Part shown: positions 1 to 8,950 of the stretch, piece by piece
Layout: the number at the start of each line of letters is the position of its first letter
Numbering within the stretch: position 1 is the stretch's first letter
NCBI GenBank assembly: GCA_963819655.1
Contig: CAWFXA010000001.1
Location: forward strand, 32,001 to 96,000
DNA length: 64,000 bases
Direction of reading: 5' to 3'
Origin: an uncultured Chloroflexia bacterium
GTDB lineage: Bacteria; Chloroflexota; Limnocylindria; Limnocylindrales; CSP1-4
Translations under genes and position numbers: made by a program
Notes under the pieces: model-generated
The model's database searches: none
The model's input: the letters and a program-made list of their open reading frames with translations, nothing else
What the model was told of the DNA's origin: nothing

Positions 1-533
1 GCCCGTTCTACAAAGGCGACTGGATCGCTGTGCAGGCCGCTCCGGGAGCGATCACCGAAGGTGAGGTCGATGAGATCGGCCTGCGCCGTACGACGCTCCG
101 CGATGGGGTGGGCGCGCTCCACTCGGTCTCGAACGGGCTGATCCGCGTCTCGTCGAACCTGACCCGCGTCTACTCGATCGCGTCGGTCGACGTCCAGATC
201 CTGCGGCCGCAGGACCTCGATCGGGCGATCGCGGTCGCCGGTCGGGTGGGGCGCGGCCTCGGAGACGACCCGGCGTGGAGCGGTCGTCTGTTCGACTCGC
301 CGATCGACACGTGGGTGACGGCGCTCACGCTCGACGGCGCGGCGATCACGGTCCGTCGCCGCGTGCCGCCGGACCTCCGTCTCGCGGCGACCAGCGAGAT
401 GCGTCGTCGCCTTTCGGTGGCCTTCGCGGCCGAGTCGATCGGGACCGGCCGATGGGACACCCCGCCGGCACCAGCCGCGTCGGTGGCCACCGCCACGGAA
501 TCGCCGGGCCTGGACGATGTACCCGACGAATAG
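1..533 (+). CDS. MscS-family mechanosensitive ion channel, 5' truncated by window edge
   Basis: Frame open from position 3: PFYKGDWI...EGEVDEIGLRRTTLRD..G.LHSVSNG is the typical MscS beta-domain; TAG stop at 531-533. Confidence 0.85.
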   Translation, partial: PFYKGDWIAVQAAPGAITEGEVDEIGLRRTTLRDGVGALHSVSNGLIRVSSNLTRVYSIASVDVQILRPQDLDRAIAVAGRVGRGLGDDPAWSGRLFDSPIDTWVTALTLDGAAITVRRRVPPDLRLAATSEMRRRLSVAFAAESIGTGRWDTPPAPAASVATATESPGLDDVPDE

Positions 534-584
534 CACGTCGCCGCCGCATTTCCCGGTCACCGCAGAGCACTCTGAGAGGTGGGC

Positions 585-1118
585 ATGGCCAGGGTCGTGT
601 CTTTGATGAACGGGTCGCTCGACGGTTTCGTCGAAACGCCGGACCACTCGATCGACTGGGCGAAGGCCGACGACGAGCTCTTCGTGTGGTTCATCGATCG
701 CGCGCGCGAGGCCGACGTTTCTGTCTACGGCCCGCGGCTCTGGGAGGTGATGGCCGCCTAGTGGCCGACCGGCGAGGCCGACCCGGACGCGACAGAGCCG
801 ATGCGCGAGTTCGCCCGGACCTGGAACGCGACGCCGAAGGTGGTCTTCTCGCACGAGCTCGAATCCGTCGAGCACGGCGCACGGCTCGTCCGCGGCGACG
901 TTGGTGAGGAGCTGGCGAAGCTGCAGCGCGAGTTCGACGGCGAGATCGACGTGGATGGACCGACGCTCGCGGCGGAATTCATCGAACGCGGTCTCGTCGA
1001 CGAGTATCGGCTGATGGTGCACCCCGTCGTCCTCGGCGCGGGAACGCCGTTCCTCCCGCCCGGTGTGTCGCGTTCGACCTCCGCACGATCGAGACGCGGG
1101 CCACGGCTAAGCACTTGA
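585..1118 (+). pseudogene. Dihydrofolate reductase/RibD C-terminal family protein, disrupted
   Basis: SLDGFVE, PKVVFS, GPTLAAEFIERGLVDEYRLMVHPVVLGAG motifs; in-frame TAG at 759-761 where Tyr is expected (MAA*WP); apparent 1-nt loss near 1072 (FDLRTIETR continues in another frame); C-terminus missing. Confidence 0.8.
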
Positions 1119-1201
1119 CCACAGCTGGGACATGCAATGTCTACCCCCTTCCTCGGACGGCTGCTTCGCCTGCACGCCTCGGGTAGGTTGCATAAGGGGT
1201 A

Positions 1202-1232
1202 TTGACCTTGGAGCGACTCCATGGTCTAGGGT
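1202..1232 (+). promoter_or_regulatory. MerR-type promoter/operator of the DUF2652 operon (leaderless)
   Basis: TTGACC-19 bp-TAGGGT, dyad ACCTTGGAG-cga-CTCCATGGT at 1205-1225, ATG 6 nt after the -10. Confidence 0.8.
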
Positions 1233-1238
1233 GCCACC

Positions 1239-2327
1239 ATGGCAGCGACACCAGAGACCGGCTTTCTCGTCATCGCCGACCTGACCGGGTACACGGCCTA
1301 TCTGTCGGGAAGTGAGATCGAGCACGCGCCGGCGATCGCCGGTGACCTCCTCGAAACGATCGTCGGGCGCCTCGATCCGCCTTTCCGACTGGCCAAGTTC
1401 GAAGGCGACGCCGCCTTCCTCTGGGTCGAGGACGGGCGCGCCGAGGGGCCGCTGCTCGTTGACGCCATCGAGGCCTCGTATCTCGCCTTCCGTCGCCGCC
1501 TGCGGAGCATCGACCAGGCGACCAGCTGCGACTGCAACTCGTGCCGGCTGGCGCCGCGGCTCGACCTCAAGCTCTTCATCCACCACGGCTCTTATGTCCG
1601 GACGCGGATCGCGGGCCGCGATGAGCTCGCCGGGCCGGACGTCATCGTCGTCCATCGCCTGCTCAAAGGTGCCAGCGCCGCTGCGGCGTCTGGCAAGGGC
1701 TTTGCGCTCTTCACCGCGTCGGCCGTCGAGGCGCTCGGGCTCGATGCCGGCGCGCTTGGACTGACAGAGGCGGAGGAAACGGTCGAGCACCTTGGCGACG
1801 TATCGACGTTCACCCTCGATCTCGAGGCCCGATGGCAGGCGGAGAGCGACCAGCGCCGCCTGGATTTCGGCAACTCGGAACCGATCCTTGCCCTGGACAC
1901 GACCATTGCTGCCGAACCCGCCGTGGTCTGGGCCTACCTCACCTCGCCGACCCACCGAACCCGCTGGGAGGGACCGATCGTGATCGAGGAGACCCTGGCC
2001 GGCGGCCGCCGCGGCGTCGGATCGCTCGCCCAGTGCGTGACCGGACGGCTCGCGACGCTTGAGGAGATCGTCGACTGGCAGCCCTACGACCATGTCGGCT
2101 GGCGACTCACGGTTCCCGGCGTCGGGCCCGTTGCGGCGGCGGCCGACCTCGACCCGGTCGATCGCGGCACACGCGTCCGGTTGCGATGGGAGTACCTGGG
2201 TACGCCGCCCGTCGACGCCCAGGCCATGCAGGCGGTCCACGCGGAGCGGGAGGCTGCCTTCGAGCGCCTCGCGAGCGTCGTCGCCGGCGAGTTACCGGTC
2301 ATCGGGGAGAGGGCGGTTGCCAAGTGA
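1239..2327 (+). CDS. DUF2652 (class III nucleotidyl-cyclase-like) domain fused to SRPBCC domain
   Basis: LVIADLTGYT, KFEGDA, CDCNSC, LKLFIHHG, LAGPDVIVVHRLLK motifs; C-terminal IAAEPAVVWAYLT...W...EEIVDWQPY (SRPBCC). Confidence 0.85.
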   Translation: MAATPETGFLVIADLTGYTAYLSGSEIEHAPAIAGDLLETIVGRLDPPFRLAKFEGDAAFLWVEDGRAEGPLLVDAIEASYLAFRRRLRSIDQATSCDCNSCRLAPRLDLKLFIHHGSYVRTRIAGRDELAGPDVIVVHRLLKGASAAAASGKGFALFTASAVEALGLDAGALGLTEAEETVEHLGDVSTFTLDLEARWQAESDQRRLDFGNSEPILALDTTIAAEPAVVWAYLTSPTHRTRWEGPIVIEETLAGGRRGVGSLAQCVTGRLATLEEIVDWQPYDHVGWRLTVPGVGPVAAAADLDPVDRGTRVRLRWEYLGTPPVDAQAMQAVHAEREAAFERLASVVAGELPVIGERAVAK

Positions 2328-2785
2328 TCAGATCAAAGACGGAACAGGTGATCGAACGTCCAGCCGCCGACATCTGGACCTATGCGGCCGACATCGTGCG
2401 GCACCCGGAGTGGATGGGCGTCACCGACGCCCGACTCATGCGTGGGACTGGCTCCGATGCCGGCTCGCGGGGCCGGGAGCGCTTGGCCCTCGGGCCGTTC
2501 AAGTGGGACGTGGAATTCGAGGTCGCAGAATCCGATCCGGGGCGACGCATCGTCTGGCGCTCCGTCGCCGGGGCGCCGTTCGATATCGAGATCTCCCTGG
2601 ACCTGGAGCGTGCCGGTCCGACGACGACACGTGCGACCTACAGCGCGGCCATCGAGCCGCACGGGCTCTGGCGGCTGCTCTCGCCGTTGCTGGCCGCGGA
2701 AGGCAAGGCCGGACCCGAGCGGGAGCTGCGACGCCTCAAGGAGAACCTCGAGCGATTCGCGGCATCGGCCGCGGCGACGTCCTGA
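2324..2785 (+). CDS. SRPBCC/polyketide cyclase family protein
   Basis: GTGA overlap with upstream stop; IERPAADIWTYAAD..RHPEW, DPGRRIVW, ELRRLKENLE. Confidence 0.85.
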   Translation: MIRSKTEQVIERPAADIWTYAADIVRHPEWMGVTDARLMRGTGSDAGSRGRERLALGPFKWDVEFEVAESDPGRRIVWRSVAGAPFDIEISLDLERAGPTTTRATYSAAIEPHGLWRLLSPLLAAEGKAGPERELRRLKENLERFAASAAATS

Positions 2786-2801
2786 ACCAGGAGCGTGTCT
2801 A

Positions 2802-2974
2802 GGGAGCGGCATCGAAGCCGTCATGGCGGACCTCCGCGGACGCGGAGTGGTCTTTGGGGACGATGACCTCGGCGAGCTCAGACCGTCGACGGTCTGGCCG
2901 ACGTCGGAGCGGCGAAGGCGGCCTGGTTCAGGACAGCGAGGGGCAACACACTCGAGCTCAACGAGGTGCTGTGA
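2802..2974 (+). pseudogene. C-terminal remnant of a VOC/glyoxalase protein
   Basis: Across three frame changes it reads IEAVMADLRGRGVVF..D....L.TVDGLADVGAAKAAWF.DSEGNTLELNEVL*; no N-terminal half. Confidence 0.75.
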
Positions 2975-3062
2975 GGTCGGATGGTTCGGCCCCCGATCCC
3001 GCGCGATCGCCCGGTTCGTTGCCCGGATCCGCAGCGGCTTTCATCCCCCGTGACAGAGCGGA

Positions 3063-3093
3063 TTGACATTCGAAGCGCTCCAAGGTTTGCTCT
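3063..3093 (+). promoter_or_regulatory. MerR-type promoter/operator upstream of the merR-like gene
   Basis: TTGACA followed by ACATTCGAA-gcg-CTCCAAGGT (3066-3086), same register and nearly the same right arm as the 1205-1225 dyad; -10 is weak (TGCTCT). Confidence 0.7.
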
Positions 3094-3097
3094 CCGA

Positions 3098-3562
3098 ATG
3101 CGGATCGGAGAGCTGGCACAGCGTGTCGGTGTGTCGACGGACACAGTCCGCTTCTACGAGCGCTCGGGTTGGCTTCCCCGTCCAGCCCGCCGCGACAACG
3201 ACTACCGCGACTACGGCGAAGCCGATGCGGAGCATCTGCGCCTGCTGATCGACCTCCGACGACTCGACCTGCCACTCGAAGATGCCGCTCGGATTGCGTC
3301 CTGGTGCCATGCCGGCCACTGCGTCGACACGACCAACGAGTTGCCGATGCTCATCGCCGAGCGCCGCGCGGCCGTCGCCGACCGCATGGCTGGGCTGGCG
3401 GAGCTCGATGCTCGTCTCGCGAGCCTCGAGCGTCACCTCGCCAAGCCGCCCCGCGACCTCACCGTGGTCGGGACAGCTCCCTGCTGCGATGCTGCCGATG
3501 CCGTTGGTGGATCAGCCAAGAGTGGCTGTCCCTGCTGCGCGTCCGGCCTGGCCGAGGCCTGA
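3098..3562 (+). CDS. MerR family transcriptional regulator with Cys-rich C-terminus
   Basis: MRIGELAQRVGVSTDTVRFYERSGWL..P.R..N.YRDY; CHAGHC, CC and CPCC motifs. Confidence 0.93.
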   Translation: MRIGELAQRVGVSTDTVRFYERSGWLPRPARRDNDYRDYGEADAEHLRLLIDLRRLDLPLEDAARIASWCHAGHCVDTTNELPMLIAERRAAVADRMAGLAELDARLASLERHLAKPPRDLTVVGTAPCCDAADAVGGSAKSGCPCCASGLAEA

Positions 3563-3720
3563 ATGCCAGCGTACGCGAGAACGGGGCTTGACCGAAGGGG
3601 GGTCGACGAGTTGGGCGCGCGACGCGCGGTGACGCGGATTCCACGCTTGTGCCACGACGCTTGGGCCGAACTACTCGTAATCAGCAGGTCTTCGCCGGCG
3701 GGATCCCTTCCGTTGACGTA

Positions 3721-4602
3721 TCAAGCGAGAGGCAGCCCGCGAAGCTTGTCCGGGTCGGCGATGAGGTCGATCTCGACGATCCGGCCGTTGGCCACCGTGA
3801 ACGCATATAGGAGTGTCCGAGCCGGGAACCGAACCAGCAGCCCCGGGGCGCCGTTGACGATGACCGGCTCGAACGCGACACCGATCTCCCGGAAGTTCTT
3901 CGCCTGGCTCGCGACCGCCTCGGCACCGATGATCGGTGGCCGCGCGAACGCGCGCGGCGCATTCGGGCCACCGTCGAACCGGACGACGACGTTCGGATCC
4001 AGCACATGAAGAAGCGCGTCGAAGTCGCCCTCGCGTGCAGCAGCAAGGAAGGCGTCGACGACCCGCCGCTGGACCGCGAGGTCGGCATCTGGCTCGGACG
4101 CCTGCGCCCGGACGCGTCGGCGGGCACGGCTGGCGAGCTGACGGGTCGCAGCAGGTGATCGCTCAACCAACGGCGCTATCTCGTCGAACGACACGCCGAA
4201 CACGTCATGCAGCACGAGCGAGAGCCGCTCCGCCGGCGTCAGCGACTCGAGGACCACGAGCAGCGCCAGCCCGACTGAGTCGGCCATGATCGTGCTGCGC
4301 TCCGGCTCAGCGTCCTTGGCCATCCGGACGATCGGCTCCGGAAGCCAGGAACCGGCGAGCTGTTCATTGCGTGACTTGCGTCGGCGGAGCGTGTCGAGGC
4401 AGATCCGGCCGACGACCACGGTCAGCCAGCCACGGAGGTCGTCGGTCCCGCCGGGATCCCTTCGGTCGAGCCGCAGCCAGGCCTCCTGCACCGCGTCGTC
4501 GGCCTCGCTGACCGACCCGAGCATGCGGTAGCCAACGGCGCGCAGGTGCCCGCGGTGCCGCTCGAACTCCTCGACCAGCCAGTCGCGTCGCGTCAAGGTC
4601 AT
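3721..4602 (-). CDS. sigJ: ECF sigma factor with SnoaL-like C-terminal extension (ECF41/SigJ-like)
   Basis: YRMLGSVSEADDAVQEAWLR, WLPEP motif, LASRARRRV, VVDAFLAA, DGG, NG.PG, terminal ADPDKL. Confidence 0.9.
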   Translation of the reverse strand: MTLTRRDWLVEEFERHRGHLRAVGYRMLGSVSEADDAVQEAWLRLDRRDPGGTDDLRGWLTVVVGRICLDTLRRRKSRNEQLAGSWLPEPIVRMAKDAEPERSTIMADSVGLALLVVLESLTPAERLSLVLHDVFGVSFDEIAPLVERSPAATRQLASRARRRVRAQASEPDADLAVQRRVVDAFLAAAREGDFDALLHVLDPNVVVRFDGGPNAPRAFARPPIIGAEAVASQAKNFREIGVAFEPVIVNGAPGLLVRFPARTLLYAFTVANGRIVEIDLIADPDKLRGLPLA

Positions 4603-4637
4603 CTCCAGACCGTCAGCTCACGCTGCACCGGGTGGCA

Positions 4638-5120
4638 TCAGCCCACCTGACCGCCCAGCGCGCGGAGCCGGATGAAACGCTGCGTGCCCGCGGCCCGCAT
4701 CATCCAGCGCTGGACAAGGGGGAAGGCGAAGGCCGCCTTATCGCGGCCGACGATCGTCGGGTCGGTCATGACGAGATCCTCGCCGCGCCAGCGCAGCGTG
4801 CAGCCGCCGGCGGCCACCACGTTGTGGACCCACTGGGTCCGATCGCCGAATGGGAGCGCGATGAAGTACCCGTCGGCCGTCTCACGCAACCCGACCGGGA
4901 CGGCGTACTCGCGCCCCGAGCGGCGGCCACGATGACGAAGCACCGCGAAGAGTGGGAACCAGCGCCGCCCGGCAAGCGGCCGGGTCAGCCTCCCCATGAA
5001 TCGGCCAGCAGGAAGGAGCACCGAAACCGCGCGGGGCGGCCGTGTCCCCGCCAGGGTTGTGCCGTCGGTGGGCGCCTCGGTGAGCGCGTCGTCGCGTTCG
5101 GTCGTGGCCATCCTGTCCAT
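4638..5120 (-). CDS. Deazaflavin (F420)-dependent nitroreductase family protein
   Basis: VLRHRGRRSGREYAVPV, IALPFG.RTQWVHNVVAAGG; RBS GAAGGA. Confidence 0.85.
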   Translation of the reverse strand: MDRMATTERDDALTEAPTDGTTLAGTRPPRAVSVLLPAGRFMGRLTRPLAGRRWFPLFAVLRHRGRRSGREYAVPVGLRETADGYFIALPFGDRTQWVHNVVAAGGCTLRWRGEDLVMTDPTIVGRDKAAFAFPLVQRWMMRAAGTQRFIRLRALGGQVG

Positions 5121-5180
5121 TCCTTCCGTACGAGGGCCGGCGTTGCTGTCAGGGACGGCCGGCGATCCATCCACACCACG

Positions 5181-5207
5181 TACGCAGAGGACTCGCCTTG
5201 TGTGACT
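5181..5207 (-). promoter_or_regulatory. ECF41-type promoter
   Basis: Minus strand AGTCACA-16 nt-CGTA, close to the ECF41 consensus TGTCACA-n16-CGTC, upstream of the nitroreductase-ECF41 pair. Confidence 0.7.
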
Positions 5208-5230
5208 CGCGGCTGACCGACCTCGGCCAC

Positions 5231-5671
5231 TCAGGGGGTCCTCTTCGATTGAAGCTCGGCGATCTGGGCCCGGGCGGCCGCGACGAGCTCCTCATTCGTG
5301 TTGGCGTGCCCGGCCAGGCCCCAGCCGCCCTCGATCGCCTCGGTGAGCAAGACCCATGTCCGCTCCGCGAGTGAAGCGTCGCCGGCCGCTTCCCCCGCGA
5401 TCGTCGAGAAGCGGGACACGACCGCCAGTTGCTTGGCGCGATCGAGCGCGCCCGCATTCGTCAGCACCTGGATCCGGACGTACGTGCTGTCGCCATCGAC
5501 GTTGGAAGTCGCTGCCGGCGGCAGCTCGTGGACGAAGCCCGCGGTGTTCTTCCGGAACATGGGGATGTCCGGCACCCCTTCCATCGCCATGAGCTCGGAG
5601 GCCAGCTTCTGGGCGAGGCCGTGGGGGTCGCGGAACGTCCCGGCGGCGGCGTAGACGTCGATCATCGGCAT
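5231..5671 (-). CDS. Tautomerase superfamily protein (Pro-1), copy 1
   Basis: MPMIDV start gives catalytic Pro1; TWVLLTEA.EGGWG. Confidence 0.85.
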   Translation of the reverse strand: MPMIDVYAAAGTFRDPHGLAQKLASELMAMEGVPDIPMFRKNTAGFVHELPPAATSNVDGDSTYVRIQVLTNAGALDRAKQLAVVSRFSTIAGEAAGDASLAERTWVLLTEAIEGGWGLAGHANTNEELVAAARAQIAELQSKRTP

Positions 5672-5710
5672 TCGAGAAGTCCTTTCGATTTGTTGTCCGC
5701 CACCGGGCCG

Positions 5711-6001
5711 TTAGGGCGCTCCTCGAGCAGACCTCCTCTGAAGGCTATCGACGAGCCGTAAACAACGATCGTAGATACCCATGAGCCACGGGACGACGAG
5801 GTACACGGCCAGCGCCACAGTGACCAGGGTCAGCACGAACACGCGGAGCAACGGATCCCAGCCCACGCTGAACGGGGCCATCACCGTGATGCCGATGGCA
5901 ACGAGGGGGAAGATCGCGAGCCAGGTGAGCGCGGCGCGGACGTGGATCGACGGCGGCGTGCGGGCTGACGAAGGCGAAGGATCTGGGTCGGGTCGAGTCA
6001 T
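5711..6001 (-). CDS. Small two-TM membrane protein
   Basis: ALTWLAIFPLV...VLTLVTVALAVYLVVPW; RBS GGAGG; resembles the membrane part of ABM-domain proteins. Confidence 0.7.
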   Translation of the reverse strand: MTRPDPDPSPSSARTPPSIHVRAALTWLAIFPLVAIGITVMAPFSVGWDPLLRVFVLTLVTVALAVYLVVPWLMGIYDRCLRLVDSLQRRSARGAP

Positions 6002-6035
6002 GAATGGGCCTCCGGCGACAGCCGATCTCTGGCCG

Positions 6036-6383
6036 CTACAGCCAGATGTATTCCTCGGCGACGGCGCCGTCCTGCCACCTCGCCAAGGTCACCATCCGGT
6101 TACCGTTTTCGAGCTCGCCGACCACGCACGTCCAGTCTCCAGAGCCGAACCGGATCGGATGGGACTTGACCTGAAGAGGCACCCCACCGGTGCTCTCGAC
6201 GAAGGCCTTCATTGCCTCGATGTGCTCACGTATGCCGTGGGTCGAAGCCTGCCCGTGGACATCCACGAGAACGTCATCAGTGTGGTGGCGGGTGAAGACA
6301 CCCTCCCAGTCCGCTTCATTCCAGCCCGCGAAGTCAAGCTCGTCCATCCGTTGAAGGTTGCTCACTACTGTTTCATCGGCCAC
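6036..6383 (-). CDS. SnoaL-like ester cyclase (NTF2 fold)
   Basis: LDFAGWN..DW....HHTDDVLV, HPIRFGSGDWTCVVG, LARWQDGAVAEEYIW. Confidence 0.8.
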   Translation of the reverse strand: MADETVVSNLQRMDELDFAGWNEADWEGVFTRHHTDDVLVDVHGQASTHGIREHIEAMKAFVESTGGVPLQVKSHPIRFGSGDWTCVVGELENGNRMVTLARWQDGAVAEEYIWL

Positions 6384-7020
6384 GACTGTTGTCTCCTTTC
6401 AGGTCGATTCCTTGGCGCCGTATTCGGGCGTGCTTGGCTTCTCGGTGTTGGCGAAGTAGTTCGAACGCGAGCGAACCGGGAGGCGCAGCCGCATCGGAGC
6501 GGGTCGCGTGGGCCACGATGGCGTCCGCGATGGAGCGGTCTTCGGCGGGTCTTGGATAGGCGTCGAGGACCTCCTGGCGCAGTCGGTCCGCTAGGCCGTC
6601 GGTGATTCGGCCCGCATCGACGAAGACTCCCCTGTGCGTGAGGGACGTGATCAGGCCGCGCCGGTGAGCGATGCCGAGCGACGCGTGCAGTGCGATCGCC
6701 TCCCAAACCCGGTCGACGTCGCGTTCGGCGACGCCGAGCCCACGAAGGAGGGCAGCAGCTAGATCGGCGCCCTCAACCTCGAAACGAGCCTCGCCTGTCG
6801 CGTGCTCACCGAGTCCAAGGTCGTGCATGACGGTCGCGGCGAAGAGCAGGTCCTCGTCGTACTCGGCGTCAGTCAGACAGCCCTCGTGGTCGGCGAGCAG
6901 GCGGGCGAACAGGAAGCTGCGGATGCTGTGGTCGACGATCGGCTGGCTTACCGAGGCGCGGGCAGTTGCGAGGCTGGCATCGGCAAGCACCCCAGTCGGG
7001 AGCACCAGGATGTCGTTCAT
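6373..7020 (-). CDS. HD-domain protein (cyanamide hydratase-like)
   Basis: HSIRSFLFA, MHDLGL, RFEVEGADLAA, VWEAIALH. Confidence 0.88.
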   Translation of the reverse strand: MNDILVLPTGVLADASLATARASVSQPIVDHSIRSFLFARLLADHEGCLTDAEYDEDLLFAATVMHDLGLGEHATGEARFEVEGADLAAALLRGLGVAERDVDRVWEAIALHASLGIAHRRGLITSLTHRGVFVDAGRITDGLADRLRQEVLDAYPRPAEDRSIADAIVAHATRSDAAAPPGSLAFELLRQHREAKHARIRRQGIDLKGDNSRGR

Positions 7021-7090
7021 GTCTCGAGCGTACGGACAACGCGCTCGAACAAACAGTGGCCCGAGTGCCGCTCTCCGCTATGATCGGGCC

Positions 7091-8101
7091 ATGATCTCCG
7101 AGCGCCCTCACCGCGTCGCCGTCCTTGCGCTACCGGCCGTCATCCCGCTGGAACTCGGGATCGCGGCGGAGATCTTCGGTCGCGATCCGCATTACCGCCT
7201 GACCGTCTGCGCCGAGGGTCGGTCTGCGTCGCTCCCTGGTTCTGGGTTGACGGTCACTACCCCCGCTGGGCTGGAGGGACTCAAGCGCGCCGACACGGTC
7301 CTCATCCCGGGATACGAGGACGTCGACGCAGCCGTCTCGCCGGCCGCGCTCGACGCCATCCGTGCTGCGCACGCCCGGGGTGCCCGACTGGTATCGATCT
7401 GCACCGCCGCCTTTGCCCTTGCCGCGGCTGGAGTCCTCGACGACCGTCCCGCCACCACCCACTGGCGGTGGACTGCGGAGCTCCAGAGCCGCTACCCCAG
7501 GATCGACGTGCTGCCCAACCGCCTCTTCGTCGACGACGGCGATGTCCTTACGTCTGCTGGCGTGACCACCGGGATCGACTTGTCCCTTCATCTCATCCGG
7601 CGCGACTTCGGCTCGGCAGCCGCCAACACGCGAGCCCGCGGCCTCGTGGCTCCGCCTCAGCGTCAAGGAGGGCAAGCGCAGTTCATCGAACGCCTCATGC
7701 CCGACGCGAGCGGCGACCAACTCGGCCCCCTTCGCGACTGGATGCTCGAGAACCTCGCGCTCCCGCTCGACCTCGCCATGCTCGCGACGCGGGCACACAT
7801 GTCCCGACGCACGTTGAGCCGTCGGTTTCGTGAAGAGACGGGCCTATCTCCGATGGCCTGGCTCGCCGACGCACGCATCGATCGAGCGCGCGAGATCCTG
7901 GAGACCACCACCGAGCCGGTCGAGAACATCGGCCGCCTGACGGGACTCGGCGCGCCGGTGTCCGTTCGAGCGGCCTTCCATCGGCGGGTTGGCATCTCGC
8001 CGAAGGAATACCGTGCTGTCTGGCGCGGCTCGTCACCGGCAACGACGGCGACGACATTGCTCCGTGACGCGTCGGTGGATCAGGTGCGCCGTCTCACGTG
8101 A
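7091..8101 (+). CDS. GlxA/AdpA-type AraC family regulator (DJ-1 + AraC HTH)
   Basis: LVSICTAAFALAAAG, ATTHW, LTSAGVTTGIDL, QRQGGQAQF, C-terminal HTH; TATGAT 6 nt upstream. Confidence 0.92.
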   Translation: MISERPHRVAVLALPAVIPLELGIAAEIFGRDPHYRLTVCAEGRSASLPGSGLTVTTPAGLEGLKRADTVLIPGYEDVDAAVSPAALDAIRAAHARGARLVSICTAAFALAAAGVLDDRPATTHWRWTAELQSRYPRIDVLPNRLFVDDGDVLTSAGVTTGIDLSLHLIRRDFGSAAANTRARGLVAPPQRQGGQAQFIERLMPDASGDQLGPLRDWMLENLALPLDLAMLATRAHMSRRTLSRRFREETGLSPMAWLADARIDRAREILETTTEPVENIGRLTGLGAPVSVRAAFHRRVGISPKEYRAVWRGSSPATTATTLLRDASVDQVRRLT

Positions 8102-8158
8102 TCGACAACCTGTCGGTCGCTCTGGGGCACTCGGGCCTCCTGTATCAGCCGATCGGCC

Positions 8159-8839
8159 TCACGCGGTGTCCCCTCCCCCCAGCCCCTCGAGGCCGTCAAG
8201 GATGACGTCGAGGCCGTACTCGAACTCGTCTGCGTAGTCGTAGCCAGGCTTCGTCACGTGGTCGGTGAGGATCTCGAGGAGGTACGGGTACTCCCCGGCC
8301 GGGAAAGGGTCGAGCATCGTCTGCGCCACGTCCGCGACTTCCTCCCCCGTATCGAACGGGAGGTTCATCTTCGTCAGCGCGAAGCCATAGATGTAGCTGT
8401 CCAGCAGCGAATAGGCGTGGGCGGCCATCGCGATGTCGAAGCCACCGGCCCGCAGGCTGCCGATCACCGCGTCGTGATGCCGCAGAGTTGCCGGGCCTGG
8501 GTTGCGCCGCGACTCCATCAGGCCGATCGCCCAGCGGTGACGAAGGAGGGCGTCGCGAAGCGAGATCGCTCGCCGGCGCATCTCATCCCTCCAATCGGGC
8601 GCGGTGGTCGACGGCAGCTCGACCTCGGTGAAGACCAGGTCGACGATGCCATCCACGATCTCGTCCTTGTTGGCGAAGTGGTAGTAGAGGGCCATCGCTT
8701 CGACTCCGAGCTCCTGACCGAGCTTGCGCATGCTGAGCGACTCGAGCCCGCCCTGATCGGCGAGCCTGAGCGCGGTCTGCAGGACGAGCTCCCGGCTCAG
8801 CGGGAGGCGGCGCGCTCGTTGCCTGGTGCTGGTCGTCAT
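8159..8839 (-). CDS. TetR family regulator with TetR_C domain
   Basis: [26 protein letters not shown]; [13 protein letters not shown]. Confidence 0.93.
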   Translation of the reverse strand: MTTSTRQRARRLPLSRELVLQTALRLADQGGLESLSMRKLGQELGVEAMALYYHFANKDEIVDGIVDLVFTEVELPSTTAPDWRDEMRRRAISLRDALLRHRWAIGLMESRRNPGPATLRHHDAVIGSLRAGGFDIAMAAHAYSLLDSYIYGFALTKMNLPFDTGEEVADVAQTMLDPFPAGEYPYLLEILTDHVTKPGYDYADEFEYGLDVILDGLEGLGGGDTA

Positions 8840-8877
8840 CGGCTTCCTTTCGGCCCTGGGCTTCCCATGCCCGTGGG

Positions 8878-8935
8878 TTGACTATTCATACTTTACACCG
8901 TACAGTCACGGCCTACCGACTTTACACCGTATAGT
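8878..8935 (+). promoter_or_regulatory. Promoter with two TetR-type operators
   Basis: TTGACT-17-TACAGT; dyads ACTTTACaccGTACAGT (8890-8906) and ACTTTACaccGTATAGT (8919-8935). Confidence 0.75.
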
Positions 8936-8950
8936 GACTGGAGTCCAGCG

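Noticed and set aside
759-761. In-frame TAG as pyrrolysine or stop-codon reassignment
   Set aside because: The same gene is also frameshifted and truncated, TAG is one change from the expected Tyr codon, and TAG ends other genes normally (e.g. 533, 34735)
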